A DNA stretch of 64,000 nt, taken from Candidatus Parcubacteria bacterium (lineage in GTDB: Bacteria; Patescibacteriota; Minisyncoccia; Phycocordibacterales; CAIJYI01). The stretch is taken from positions 12,136 through 76,135 of the forward strand of contig JAPLYL010000003.1 of the NCBI GenBank assembly GCA_026395595.1. The letters run 5' to 3'. Under the pieces are notes generated by a model. The model ran no database searches. It was not told where the DNA came from and was given only the letters and a program-made list of their open reading frames with translations. Positions 9,632 to 18,394 of this stretch are shown in pieces. Made by a program: the position numbers and the translations under genes. Numbering within the stretch: the stretch's first letter is position 1; the number at the start of each line of letters is the position of its first letter.

Positions 9632-10240
9632 ATGGAAACCGATAATAACAATCTTCATGTTCTTTGCGAAAAGGAAATAAAGAATTTAAAAACCGAACGC
9701 GACATCTTAAAAGAATCTTATTTCCAATTAAAAGAATTGAAAGAAAAGCTGGAAGAAAGCGAACGGCGTTTCAAGAATATTTTTGATTATACTTCTGTCG
9801 GAGTTTCTGTCGTTGCTCCAGACGGGCACTGGCTGGAAGTAAATGATTCTCTCTGTAAAATTACCGGCTATTCCCGCGAAGAATTGCTTACCAAACAATT
9901 CAATAAAATTACCTATTCCGAAGATGTCGAGAAAAGCGCTGAACTGTCTCGGAAGATTTTATCAGGCGAAGTTGACCACGCCTCTTTGGAGAAAAGATAT
10001 ACTCATAAAAATGGCCACATTGTTTGGGTTAACTTAAGTATTGCTCTCGTGCGAGACGACAAGAACATCCCTTTGTATTTTGTCGTTCATACCGAAGACA
10101 TCACCAAACGCCGCGAAGCCGAAAAAGCCTTAAAAGAAAAAGTAGGCGAGCTGGAAAAAATGAACAGCTTCATGGTAGGAAGGGAAGAGAAAATGATGGA
10201 ATTGAAAAAAGAAATTGAGGAATTGAAGAAAAAGAAATAA
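9632..10240 (+). CDS. PAS domain S-box protein with flanking coiled coils
   Basis: ESERRFKNIF, VNDSLCKITGYSREEL, EDITKRREAE, MVGREEKMMELK. Confidence 0.88.
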   Translation: METDNNNLHVLCEKEIKNLKTERDILKESYFQLKELKEKLEESERRFKNIFDYTSVGVSVVAPDGHWLEVNDSLCKITGYSREELLTKQFNKITYSEDVEKSAELSRKILSGEVDHASLEKRYTHKNGHIVWVNLSIALVRDDKNIPLYFVVHTEDITKRREAEKALKEKVGELEKMNSFMVGREEKMMELKKEIEELKKKK

Positions 10241-10452
10241 TAAAGAAACAGAACCATGCCTATTTTCAGAAGAAGGAGTCCATTAAAATGATGATGCGCC
10301 TCGTGTTCTGTTTGCCAATAAAAATTTCAGCCTGCGAACCGGAATTTTTATGCAAACTTGGAGGAGTCTGTGGATAATAAATTAGCGAGCGACTCTCGTT
10401 CGCAGTATACTGAAATCAGATCGTTAATGTATAAATTTAACAAAATTATTTT

Positions 10453-10965
10453 ATGAATAAGAATTTTTATATTACCGTCGTTATCTTGCTGGCATTTGTT
10501 TTTGTCGGAAACGCAAATGTTTTTGCAGAAGCAAAGAGCGGTGAAAAGATGAGCGAACAGCACAGAAACAATGTTTCAAAAGTTGTTCAAGAACTTGAAA
10601 AGGTTGCCGGTAAAGACGCGGGTATTGGAGAAGAAGTAAAAGCCGTAGCGCAAGAAGAAAAAGATACCGTCACCAGTGTTGCTGAAAAGATGGAAAAGGC
10701 GGAAAATAGAGGAGGTTTCAAAACCTTTCTCGTCGGTTCCGATTACAAAAACTTGGGAGCGTTGAGAAGCGATCTTGTGACAACGCAAAATCATATTGAC
10801 CGCTTGACGAAAGCAATAGAAAGAGCGACAAGCACGGAAGCAAAAACAGCACTTCAGACTCAGATCAACGAACTCAAAGGAATACAGACAAAAGCGGAAA
10901 CTTTCGTTAAAGCTCAAGAAGGAAAGTTCAGTTTGTTCGGTTGGCTGATAAAACTGTTTCAGTAA
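10453..10965 (+). CDS. Secreted helical hypothetical protein
   Basis: N-terminal signal peptide; coiled-coil composition. Confidence 0.75.
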   Translation: MNKNFYITVVILLAFVFVGNANVFAEAKSGEKMSEQHRNNVSKVVQELEKVAGKDAGIGEEVKAVAQEEKDTVTSVAEKMEKAENRGGFKTFLVGSDYKNLGALRSDLVTTQNHIDRLTKAIERATSTEAKTALQTQINELKGIQTKAETFVKAQEGKFSLFGWLIKLFQ

Positions 10966-11052
10966 TCGTTTGGCTTAACTTAAACCAAAACAATCCGCCC
11001 CAAAGGCGGATTGTTTTTATTCTTTCTCATAACTCTATCCTCATCTATATCA

Positions 11053-11188
11053 GTGGAGATTAATGAATGACGTTAGAACCTCTTTGATTGAAATCGAGAA
11101 TAGTCTGTATTTACAAGCGATGTTAGAATTTTCAAAAACACTGAATGCGAAGGGTGTCTAGGTGAGATTCGGGGAAGAGATTAGAACC
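11053..11188 (+). mobile_element. Serine-recombinase att-like scar 1
   Basis: GTGGA-N18-GAACC at 11053-11080 and a degenerate copy at 11161-11188; open frame WRLMNDVRTSLIE. Confidence 0.5.
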
Positions 11189-11249
11189 TCCAAACAAATA
11201 TACTGAAAATATCTTCCGTTGATGCTTAATAGTTGATATAATCACTGGT

Positions 11250-11801
11250 ATGGAAAATGCAAATATTTTTATAGAAAAGGAACGTCCGATGTTGGAAAAC
11301 AAAGAATTATTTTATGAAGTAATGGGTCAAAGAGTCCAAAGATTAAGAGGGAATTCTTATACCGAAATGGCGGGAGAGAACTCGTCGATGGCTCATTTTG
11401 GTGGGGTAGTTTGTAAAGTTCCCGAAGGGAAACTCATTAAAGATGCGGTGATTTATGTCAATGAAGACGATTTTTTTGTGAAAGGAGAAGATTTTACAGA
11501 CATTATTCCTGTCGTTCTCAGGCACGAGATGTTTGAACTGTGGACTTATGTAAAAAACGGCTGGTCACTTTCACCAGCCCCAAAGCGAATTGGAAATGAA
11601 AACAGGGTTAGTGTTGCACACGGCTTAGCTCTTCGGGAAGAATATAGATATGCTGTTGAAATTGGAAAAGCTGAGAGGTATTTGGAATATATAAAAAAAT
11701 GGTCACAAGAACACCCAAGAGAAAATATGGAAGGTTTTATTTCGGAAAATGAGAATGCCTATAAAAAGGTAATATCTCGAACAGGAGAAACAGACAAATA
11801 A
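11250..11801 (+). CDS. Hypothetical protein (HExxE zincin-like motif)
   Basis: VLRHEMFE...AHGLA; TATAAT 7 nt before ATG suggests a leaderless mRNA. Confidence 0.65.
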   Translation: MENANIFIEKERPMLENKELFYEVMGQRVQRLRGNSYTEMAGENSSMAHFGGVVCKVPEGKLIKDAVIYVNEDDFFVKGEDFTDIIPVVLRHEMFELWTYVKNGWSLSPAPKRIGNENRVSVAHGLALREEYRYAVEIGKAERYLEYIKKWSQEHPRENMEGFISENENAYKKVISRTGETDK

Positions 11802-11929
11802 TATCGAAGACGAGCACATGGTCTCACTGAAAATTATTTTAAATAAAAAGTAACTTACTAAAAAAGAACTCTGACTAAAATCAGAGTTCTTTTTTATTCT
11901 TCCATATAGTTCTACCTACTTCTATATCT

Positions 11930-12057
11930 GTGGAGAAGACTACAGGATATTAGAACCATTTTGATTGAAACACAGGCAATACATTTTCTTAGAATCGCAG
12001 ATGAGTGGAGTGGGTCAGATACCTCCGATGGTTATCGTTCGTCAACTCGTTAGAACC
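11930..12057 (+). mobile_element. Serine-recombinase att-like scar 2
   Basis: GTGGA-N18-GAACC at 11930-11957, second TTAGAACC at 12050; frame WRRLQDIRTILIE; homologous to scar 1. Confidence 0.5.
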
Positions 12058-12094
12058 ACAGAAAGGTTAACAAACGTTAATAACGTTAACGTTG

Positions 12095-12970
12095 TTAATT
12101 TTGTGAAAGTTTGGGCTGAAGAATAACCCAATTATACCCAAAAGGGTTGTCTCTTCGTTGCACAGCCATATCTCCAGGAGCTTTAAGCATATAGGTGAGA
12201 ATTATAAAGTTATTGACGAACAGGTTAAAATCAACCATCGTCCTTTTCATAAACCCTAAGACCAGTTCGGCTTCATCCTTGGAATGATGTATTACCTGAG
12301 GCTGAACTTGTTTCGTATCAGAATCAAACATTATATCTGAGATGTTTTTCATACCACCACGGTGGTGTGTCATATCTCTAAGTTTAACCAAATATGTTAA
12401 TGGCTCGAGATTTACCTCTAAGTGGTCAATAAGATTCTGGTATCTCTGGCTTTTATATTCGTCTTTTAGTTTTAGAGATTGCAGTTTCCTTACTATCTTT
12501 ATACCGCTAAGCTCTTTGCCGTTTTCGACACCTTTGTGCCATCCATCAATATTCTCGTCAAGAATATGGCCGAGTATTTGTCCGAGTTGGTCTAACGCTG
12601 ATTTTATTCCCGATAAGAAATAATCAATTTCTCGGTCTAATTCTGGAGACTTTGTTGTTAAGTATATATTTTGGTTTGTATCTTTAAGGCTTTTTTCTCG
12701 AAAAGTTTCAATACTTTCTTTTTGGACTTTTTCGTAATTTCGGAGTGAGTCGTTGGTTTTTGTCAGGATATGCCCCAAGTCAATCATTTGCCCAAAGTGC
12801 TTTTCGTGGGGCTTATCTTCCTTATTCCTGCCAAAGAAGATAAGAACTTCAGCTTGAAGATACATAGGAAGCTGTACTATTTCAGAAAGAATGTAAGAGT
12901 CGATATCATCCTTCGCTTGAAGAACTGTACCAAGTACAAACTTTTCTTTTTTGTTATTTTCTTTATCCAT
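12095..12970 (-). CDS. Putative HEPN-domain protein (Cthe_2314-like)
   Basis: YFLSGIKSALDQL helix and LRDMTHH (RxxxxH) motif. Confidence 0.55.
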   Translation of the reverse strand: MDKENNKKEKFVLGTVLQAKDDIDSYILSEIVQLPMYLQAEVLIFFGRNKEDKPHEKHFGQMIDLGHILTKTNDSLRNYEKVQKESIETFREKSLKDTNQNIYLTTKSPELDREIDYFLSGIKSALDQLGQILGHILDENIDGWHKGVENGKELSGIKIVRKLQSLKLKDEYKSQRYQNLIDHLEVNLEPLTYLVKLRDMTHHRGGMKNISDIMFDSDTKQVQPQVIHHSKDEAELVLGFMKRTMVDFNLFVNNFIILTYMLKAPGDMAVQRRDNPFGYNWVILQPKLSQN

Positions 12971-13041
12971 TGATTTAAACAAAATACTTTTATCTTTTCT
13001 TGTGTGCATGCGAACTAGCAAAGTGGACTTTCATTAAAGGA

Positions 13042-13881
13042 CTACGTTTTATCTTCATTATGTCCAGCTTCCAATTTTATTACGATTTCATTCATTGTAT
13101 AGTGTACAAATTGTTTTCCGAGTTCGGTTAACTCATATTTCTTATCGTCATCGAAAGCTGAGGTTGCATATCTGGTCCCGTTGCTCTTTGATTTACTGCG
13201 CTGGGGAGTCTGAAGTATTATGCTACCGTTGTAGCCACGTTCTTTGTGTTGGGTTATGACGTGCCCAGTACTCAAGTCGTGTATGAGCAGTTTAAACAAA
13301 TCCGCTTCCGCTGAATCTTCTCGAGCTGGGTCTCCGTGTATTTCTTGCCATATTTGCTGGCGAGTGCAACCTGGATTTTTATAGACTTCTCGAATAACCG
13401 CAAAATGTGCTTCAGAATAAATATCTATCCATGTTACAAACATGCGCACAACATCATCACTACATATTTGAGATGAGGCAGAATTTGATAAAAGGTTGCG
13501 CACTAATTTTCTTTTTTCCTCACTTTCTGCAGCCGACCAGTCTCGGAAACATTTTTTTACTATTTTTAGATATTCTGGACTTTCCAAACGTTCACGTATT
13601 TTATCGTCTGTTTGGTCTAGTCGAGTTAAAACTTCAAAAATAGTTTGTCCAATTTCCTTCATCTCATCCTCCTGTAGTTTAAGCCAGCTTCCAAATATAT
13701 TGTTAAACCTTTTTTGTTCTTGTTCTGACCAACTTGCGCCTATACCACCAATGGCTCCACCCGCAAAAGGGACAGAGCTTAAACAAGCTAATGCAAATCG
13801 AGCGACTTTTGGTCCCGCGCCACTTTTTAACGCGTCATCAAGCTGTATTCTCAGCTCGTCTTTTTTTTGATTTTCGTCCAT
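13042..13881 (-). CDS. Hypothetical protein with C-terminal winged helix (Abi-alpha/DUF4393-like)
   Basis: SEEKRKLVRNLL, LIHDLSTGHVI, YELTELGKQFV. Confidence 0.55.
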   Translation of the reverse strand: MDENQKKDELRIQLDDALKSGAGPKVARFALACLSSVPFAGGAIGGIGASWSEQEQKRFNNIFGSWLKLQEDEMKEIGQTIFEVLTRLDQTDDKIRERLESPEYLKIVKKCFRDWSAAESEEKRKLVRNLLSNSASSQICSDDVVRMFVTWIDIYSEAHFAVIREVYKNPGCTRQQIWQEIHGDPAREDSAEADLFKLLIHDLSTGHVITQHKERGYNGSIILQTPQRSKSKSNGTRYATSAFDDDKKYELTELGKQFVHYTMNEIVIKLEAGHNEDKT

Positions 13882-13883
13882 AC

Positions 13884-14528
13884 CTACGTTTCAATAGTTA
13901 TTCCAAGTTTTGCTGATAAACTATTTAGACGTTCTCCGTCTCCCGAAATCTTCTTTTTCCTGTCGTTAATAAAATTAGATAATTCTGATTTAATTTTAGA
14001 ATGTCCTTCTTGAATATCTTTGTTTACCCAACTTATCCAATCTAACAAGTGCTTTTTTTGCGAAGTAACAGCGTTTGATACCCCCGTGTCGTCATGAGCA
14101 AATCCATAGCCTTTAATGTCTACAGAAAATGAAACATAATCATTATGCCAATCAAGGCTTTCTGGAGACCAACTGAATGTGCGGGTTGAAGGGTCAAGAG
14201 TTTTAATTATTTCTAGTGTATCGTTTGTGATTAAGGGGAGAACAATTTCAAGTGACTCATATTCCCATTCTTTATCTCCATCAGATTGATAAAAATCATC
14301 CCTCATGTGGGTGGGCACAATCCTCATTTCTTTTTTGAGTCGCATTATTTCTTTTCGATCAGTGTCAAACTCAATAGGGAGGAGAACATCTTCTGATGTT
14401 AAAAGCTCCTCTAGAAATTCCTCTGTGGTTTTATTGAGAATTTTTTCGTTAGGGCTAATTTGTATTTGTTTTTCCAGAGCACTTAAGAGTGCACGATAAT
14501 AATCTGAAATTGATGGTTTGTTAAACAT
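13884..14528 (-). CDS. Hypothetical protein
   Basis: 214-aa ORF abutting the next gene (2-nt gap). Confidence 0.7.
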   Translation of the reverse strand: MFNKPSISDYYRALLSALEKQIQISPNEKILNKTTEEFLEELLTSEDVLLPIEFDTDRKEIMRLKKEMRIVPTHMRDDFYQSDGDKEWEYESLEIVLPLITNDTLEIIKTLDPSTRTFSWSPESLDWHNDYVSFSVDIKGYGFAHDDTGVSNAVTSQKKHLLDWISWVNKDIQEGHSKIKSELSNFINDRKKKISGDGERLNSLSAKLGITIET

Positions 14529-14564
14529 GTTATTTGTGGATAACTTTTATTGCTTTTAAATTTC

Positions 14565-14593
14565 TTTCAAATATAATATAAGTATATTTGAAA
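14565..14593. promoter_or_regulatory. Perfect 11-bp inverted-repeat operator overlapping the -10 box
   Basis: TTTCAAATATA-N7-TATATTTGAAA between divergent genes. Confidence 0.65.
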
Positions 14594-14613
14594 CTAATTT
14601 GAAGGTCAAGTTT

Positions 14614-15276
14614 ATGCTGGGGAAAAAACAAAAAAAGATTTACGATTATATCACTTCGTATATAAAGGATAATGAAATACCGCCTTCTCTTGATGAAATT
14701 GCGGAGCACTGCTCTTTGGGGTACGCGTCATCTGCTCACTATCACGTAAAAAAACTTGAGGAGGAAGGATATCTTGAAAGGTACGCAGGAAAACCGCGGG
14801 GGATAGGTCTTTATGCAAAAAATGAAGTGCACTCTCCTCGATTGAGGAATATGGGGCTTGATTCTATCGGTATTCCTGTTCTCGGTACTGCCAATGCGGG
14901 ACCAGCCACTCTCTTTGCTGAAGAAGAAGCAATAGGACATTTAAAGGTTTCTAAAAGTATCGTTAAAAAGAAAGACGGGGTGTTTGCACTCAAGGTTGAC
15001 GGAGATTCAATGAACAAAGCACAAGTTAATGGGAAAAGCATATCGGATGGTGATTTTGTGGTTATAGATTCTGAATACAAACATCCGAAAGATGGAGACT
15101 ATGTACTTTCTGTACTAGACGGATGCGCAAACTTAAAGAAATTTTCTCGGGATAAAAAAACTGGTGAAATTTTACTACTATCGGAATCAGACAACCCAAA
15201 ACATAAACCGATTTATGTATCTAGCGAAGATAGTTTTATGGTGAACGGAAAAATCATTGCTGTGGTAAAGAGATAA
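14614..15276 (+). CDS. lexA: LexA-like repressor (wHTH + S24 peptidase)
   Basis: PPSLDEIA...LEEEGYL, ANAG cleavage site, VDGDSM, ANLKKF. Confidence 0.85.
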   Translation: MLGKKQKKIYDYITSYIKDNEIPPSLDEIAEHCSLGYASSAHYHVKKLEEEGYLERYAGKPRGIGLYAKNEVHSPRLRNMGLDSIGIPVLGTANAGPATLFAEEEAIGHLKVSKSIVKKKDGVFALKVDGDSMNKAQVNGKSISDGDFVVIDSEYKHPKDGDYVLSVLDGCANLKKFSRDKKTGEILLLSESDNPKHKPIYVSSEDSFMVNGKIIAVVKR

Positions 15277-15406
15277 TTTTCTGTCACCTCGTTCGTGCTA
15301 CTACAAGTAATTTCGGGCGTCTTGTTATTTGCACATATTAAAATAATGTGCTATAATCAACAGCAGAATTTACTTTGAAATAACTTAAATAAAAGAGGAG
15401 AAAAAC

Positions 15407-17425
15407 ATGACGACTAATGCAATTACAGAAGACAAATATCGTTGGATGGAAAGCAATGAAAAGCCCGAAGTTCAAGAGTGGCTGAAACAACAATCCGAAA
15501 CAACAGGAAAATACCTTGATGGTATTCCTGTTCGTAAAGAATTGCGCGAGCAGTTTCAAAAGCTGTTTTCTTTGGATACTGTCGGAACACCAGCACCAAG
15601 AAAGGGGCTTTATTTTGTGATGAAACGCAGAGGCGACCAAGATATGTCGGTACTCTATGTTTCTGAAGGAATTTCAGGAATCCCGCGTGTTCTCATTGAT
15701 CCGAATACTCTTTCGGAAGATAAAACGGTTACAATAAAACAGTGGAGACCCTCTCGTGACGGCAAACTTCTTGCGTACGGATTATCAAATGCTGGAAATG
15801 ATAAGTTCGCCATTTATGTGATGGACGTTGTCACAGGAGTAAAACTTTCTGATGAAATTCCTGATGACTTTTACCCATCATTCTTATCGTGGAATACCGA
15901 TGGAACAGGATTCTGGTATCGGAAACATGACCCGCGAATGCCGATGTCAGAAGCTAAGCTTTACCTACGCATTTATTTTCATGCATTGGGAAGCAAGTAC
16001 CAAGACGACCTTCTTGTTTTTGGTGAAGACCTTGAAAAAGATGATTATCCAGGAATGACTATCTCGCAGGATGGACGATACATGCTTGTTGAGGTCGGAG
16101 GAAGAGACCGCCGAAGCGGAAAATGGTGGAATGAGATTTACCTGCGAGACCTTGCACTTTCAGACGTAAAATTTGTCAAAGTAATGGCTCGTATTCCTGA
16201 TATAACATACGATGGAAGATTACACAGAGATAGGCTGTATGTTATCACAAATCAAGATGCACCACGTATGCAAATTCTGGAAATGGATTTGAACGACGCT
16301 GTTTCAGGTCATGTGATTCCCAAGGTTCTCATACCAGAAGGAAAAGGCGTTATCGACGAAGTCGCTTTTGTCGGAAATAAGATTTTTGTCGCCACTCTTC
16401 AGAATGTTTATTCAGCTATTCACGAATATAACCTACACGGGGATTTTGTTAGCGAAGTTGTATTACCGTCTATCGGCTCCGCAGGAGGTTTCTCTTGCGA
16501 AAAAGAAGGGGAAGAACTTTTCTTTTCATTCGAGTCATTTGCTATTCCGCGTACGATTTATCGGTTGGATTTAGTAAAGAACAACCTTTCTATATTTGCA
16601 CAAATGGAAGCAGGTTTTGATGTTGAAATGATAGAAACAAAACAGGTGTGGTATCCGTCAAAAGACGGAACACAGATTCCGATGTTTCTTGTGTATAAAA
16701 AGGGAGTAGTTCTTGATGGCAATAACCCAACAGTTCTTTATGGATATGGCGGATTTAATATCAGTCTTACTCCATCTTTTAACAAAGGAATCATTCCGTT
16801 TGTATTGCATGGCGGTATTTATGCCATAGCAAATATTCGTGGAGGTGGCGAGTTTGGAAAAGAATGGCATGAAGCAGGAATGCAGAAAAACAAGCAGAAT
16901 GTTTTTGATGACTTTGCAGAAGCGGCAAAATGGCTTATCTCGTCTAAATATACAAGAAAAGAAAAACTTGCAATAGAAGGCGGAAGCAATGGCGGTTTGC
17001 TTGTTACTGCAATCGTTATACAAAATCCTGGCCTTGTTGAAGCGGGAATTGCGTCGGTGCCGGTAACTGACATGTTGCGTTATCACCTCTTTTTCGGCGG
17101 AGTTCATTGGATTCCAGACTATGGAGACCCTGACAATGAAGAGATGAGAAAGTATTTGCTCGGATACAGTCCGTATCACAACGTGAAAGACGGAGAAAAA
17201 TATCCAGCAATGCTTATTGTAACATCGGATAATGATGACCGTGTGCATCCAATGCATTCATATAAAATGACCGCTCGTTTGCAGGAAGCAAATACTTCGA
17301 AGTATCCAATTCTTCTTCGTGTGGAATTGAAAGCGGGGCATGGTGGTGCGAGTGCTATCACCAAGTATGTTGAAGAACAAGCCGATGTGTGGAGTTTTGT
17401 ATTTGATCAGCTGAAAATGCTTTGA
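15407..17425 (+). CDS. Prolyl oligopeptidase (S9A)
   Basis: DKYRWME, YGYGGF, RGGGEFG, GGSNGG, DDRVHP, AGHG. Confidence 0.96.
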   Translation: MTTNAITEDKYRWMESNEKPEVQEWLKQQSETTGKYLDGIPVRKELREQFQKLFSLDTVGTPAPRKGLYFVMKRRGDQDMSVLYVSEGISGIPRVLIDPNTLSEDKTVTIKQWRPSRDGKLLAYGLSNAGNDKFAIYVMDVVTGVKLSDEIPDDFYPSFLSWNTDGTGFWYRKHDPRMPMSEAKLYLRIYFHALGSKYQDDLLVFGEDLEKDDYPGMTISQDGRYMLVEVGGRDRRSGKWWNEIYLRDLALSDVKFVKVMARIPDITYDGRLHRDRLYVITNQDAPRMQILEMDLNDAVSGHVIPKVLIPEGKGVIDEVAFVGNKIFVATLQNVYSAIHEYNLHGDFVSEVVLPSIGSAGGFSCEKEGEELFFSFESFAIPRTIYRLDLVKNNLSIFAQMEAGFDVEMIETKQVWYPSKDGTQIPMFLVYKKGVVLDGNNPTVLYGYGGFNISLTPSFNKGIIPFVLHGGIYAIANIRGGGEFGKEWHEAGMQKNKQNVFDDFAEAAKWLISSKYTRKEKLAIEGGSNGGLLVTAIVIQNPGLVEAGIASVPVTDMLRYHLFFGGVHWIPDYGDPDNEEMRKYLLGYSPYHNVKDGEKYPAMLIVTSDNDDRVHPMHSYKMTARLQEANTSKYPILLRVELKAGHGGASAITKYVEEQADVWSFVFDQLKML

Positions 17426-17654
17426 TTAAACCTTTGTAAAAATCACAAAAGCAGTCTTTCGGGGCTGCTTTTTTTATTGTAAAATTTTACATTTTCGTAA
17501 AAACATAATACTATAAAGTTACAACTTAATATCGTTGACCTAAACCAGCGCTTCGGTGCTGGCATGGTTGAAAATCGTTAGGCAAGAATCGGGGTCAGGT
17601 ACTCATTCTTTTTTAAATCTGTGGTGTAGTATTTTTTGATGGACGACGGACGGC

Positions 17655-17879
17655 GCACGGGGAATTGTGTGCTTCGCACGCTATTTTACGGGGATATCTT
17701 CCCTTACAGGGACGGTACATGTTTCGTATCTCACTTCGCCTGCGGGCTCGTTATGATATACTCAACATCTTCGATTCCCCACGGAAGACAAGCAGTTGTC
17801 TTCCTCCATCTCCACCGAAAATTTACAAACAAAAAATGCCAGTTTGCAAACTGGCATTTTTTGTGTAAATTTTGGTGGA
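17655..17879. repeat. Inverted, hairpin-interrupted copy of the tmRNA 3' end plus the original ssrA terminator
   Basis: GCACGGGG...TTCGATTCCCC...CCATCTCCACC on the + strand; long palindrome centred on GCCAGTTTGCAAACTGGC. Confidence 0.7.
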
Positions 17880-18172
17880 CATACTGTCGGAGGGGTGGAA
17901 CCGCCTTGAGGAGTTTGTTTTTAGGGCTTATGCGATGGTAAAAGGAGTACAAACAACGTAAAAGTACTGAAATCATCGGCTTATTTACTCACACACTGTG
18001 AATGGAACAAAGGCAGGGACGCGTCAAACAACAAAAAAACAAGAAAACGGAAACCTCGCAATTTTGTGGAATTTAATATATAATGAAGCGTATCAGGGGG
18101 GTTAAATTATCGCTGGAATTTTGTAATATTTCAGCACGATTCAGCGTAAGATGGTCGTGCTCGCTACTGATA

Positions 18173-18382
18173 ATAACCGATATTTTTTCAAAACGGAAAC
18201 GAAGCCAAATAATGAGTTTTGTTAAGAATAAGGACAGTAAGATCGAGGTCAAATTTCGAAAAATATTATGGGCACTCGGTTTTCAATACCGCAAACACCC
18301 AAAAGGCTATTTTGGAAAACCTGATGTGGTCTTAAAAAAATATAAAACTGTATTTTTTGTCGATCCTGGTTCAATCATCTAA
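18173..18382 (+). pseudogene. vsr: Truncated very-short-patch-repair endonuclease
   Basis: TDIFSKRKRSQIMS...GKPDVVL...VFFVD then a stop before the FWH motif; ATA in place of ATG. Confidence 0.8.
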
Positions 18383-18394
18383 AACTTTAATATT

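Noticed and set aside
17655-17820. Second functional tmRNA or intron-containing tRNA on the + strand
   Set aside because: There is no matching 5' acceptor strand or tag ORF, and the T-arm is interrupted twice.
17636-17976. ORFs across the island left end
   Set aside because: They translate palindromic and att sequence and are not protein-like.
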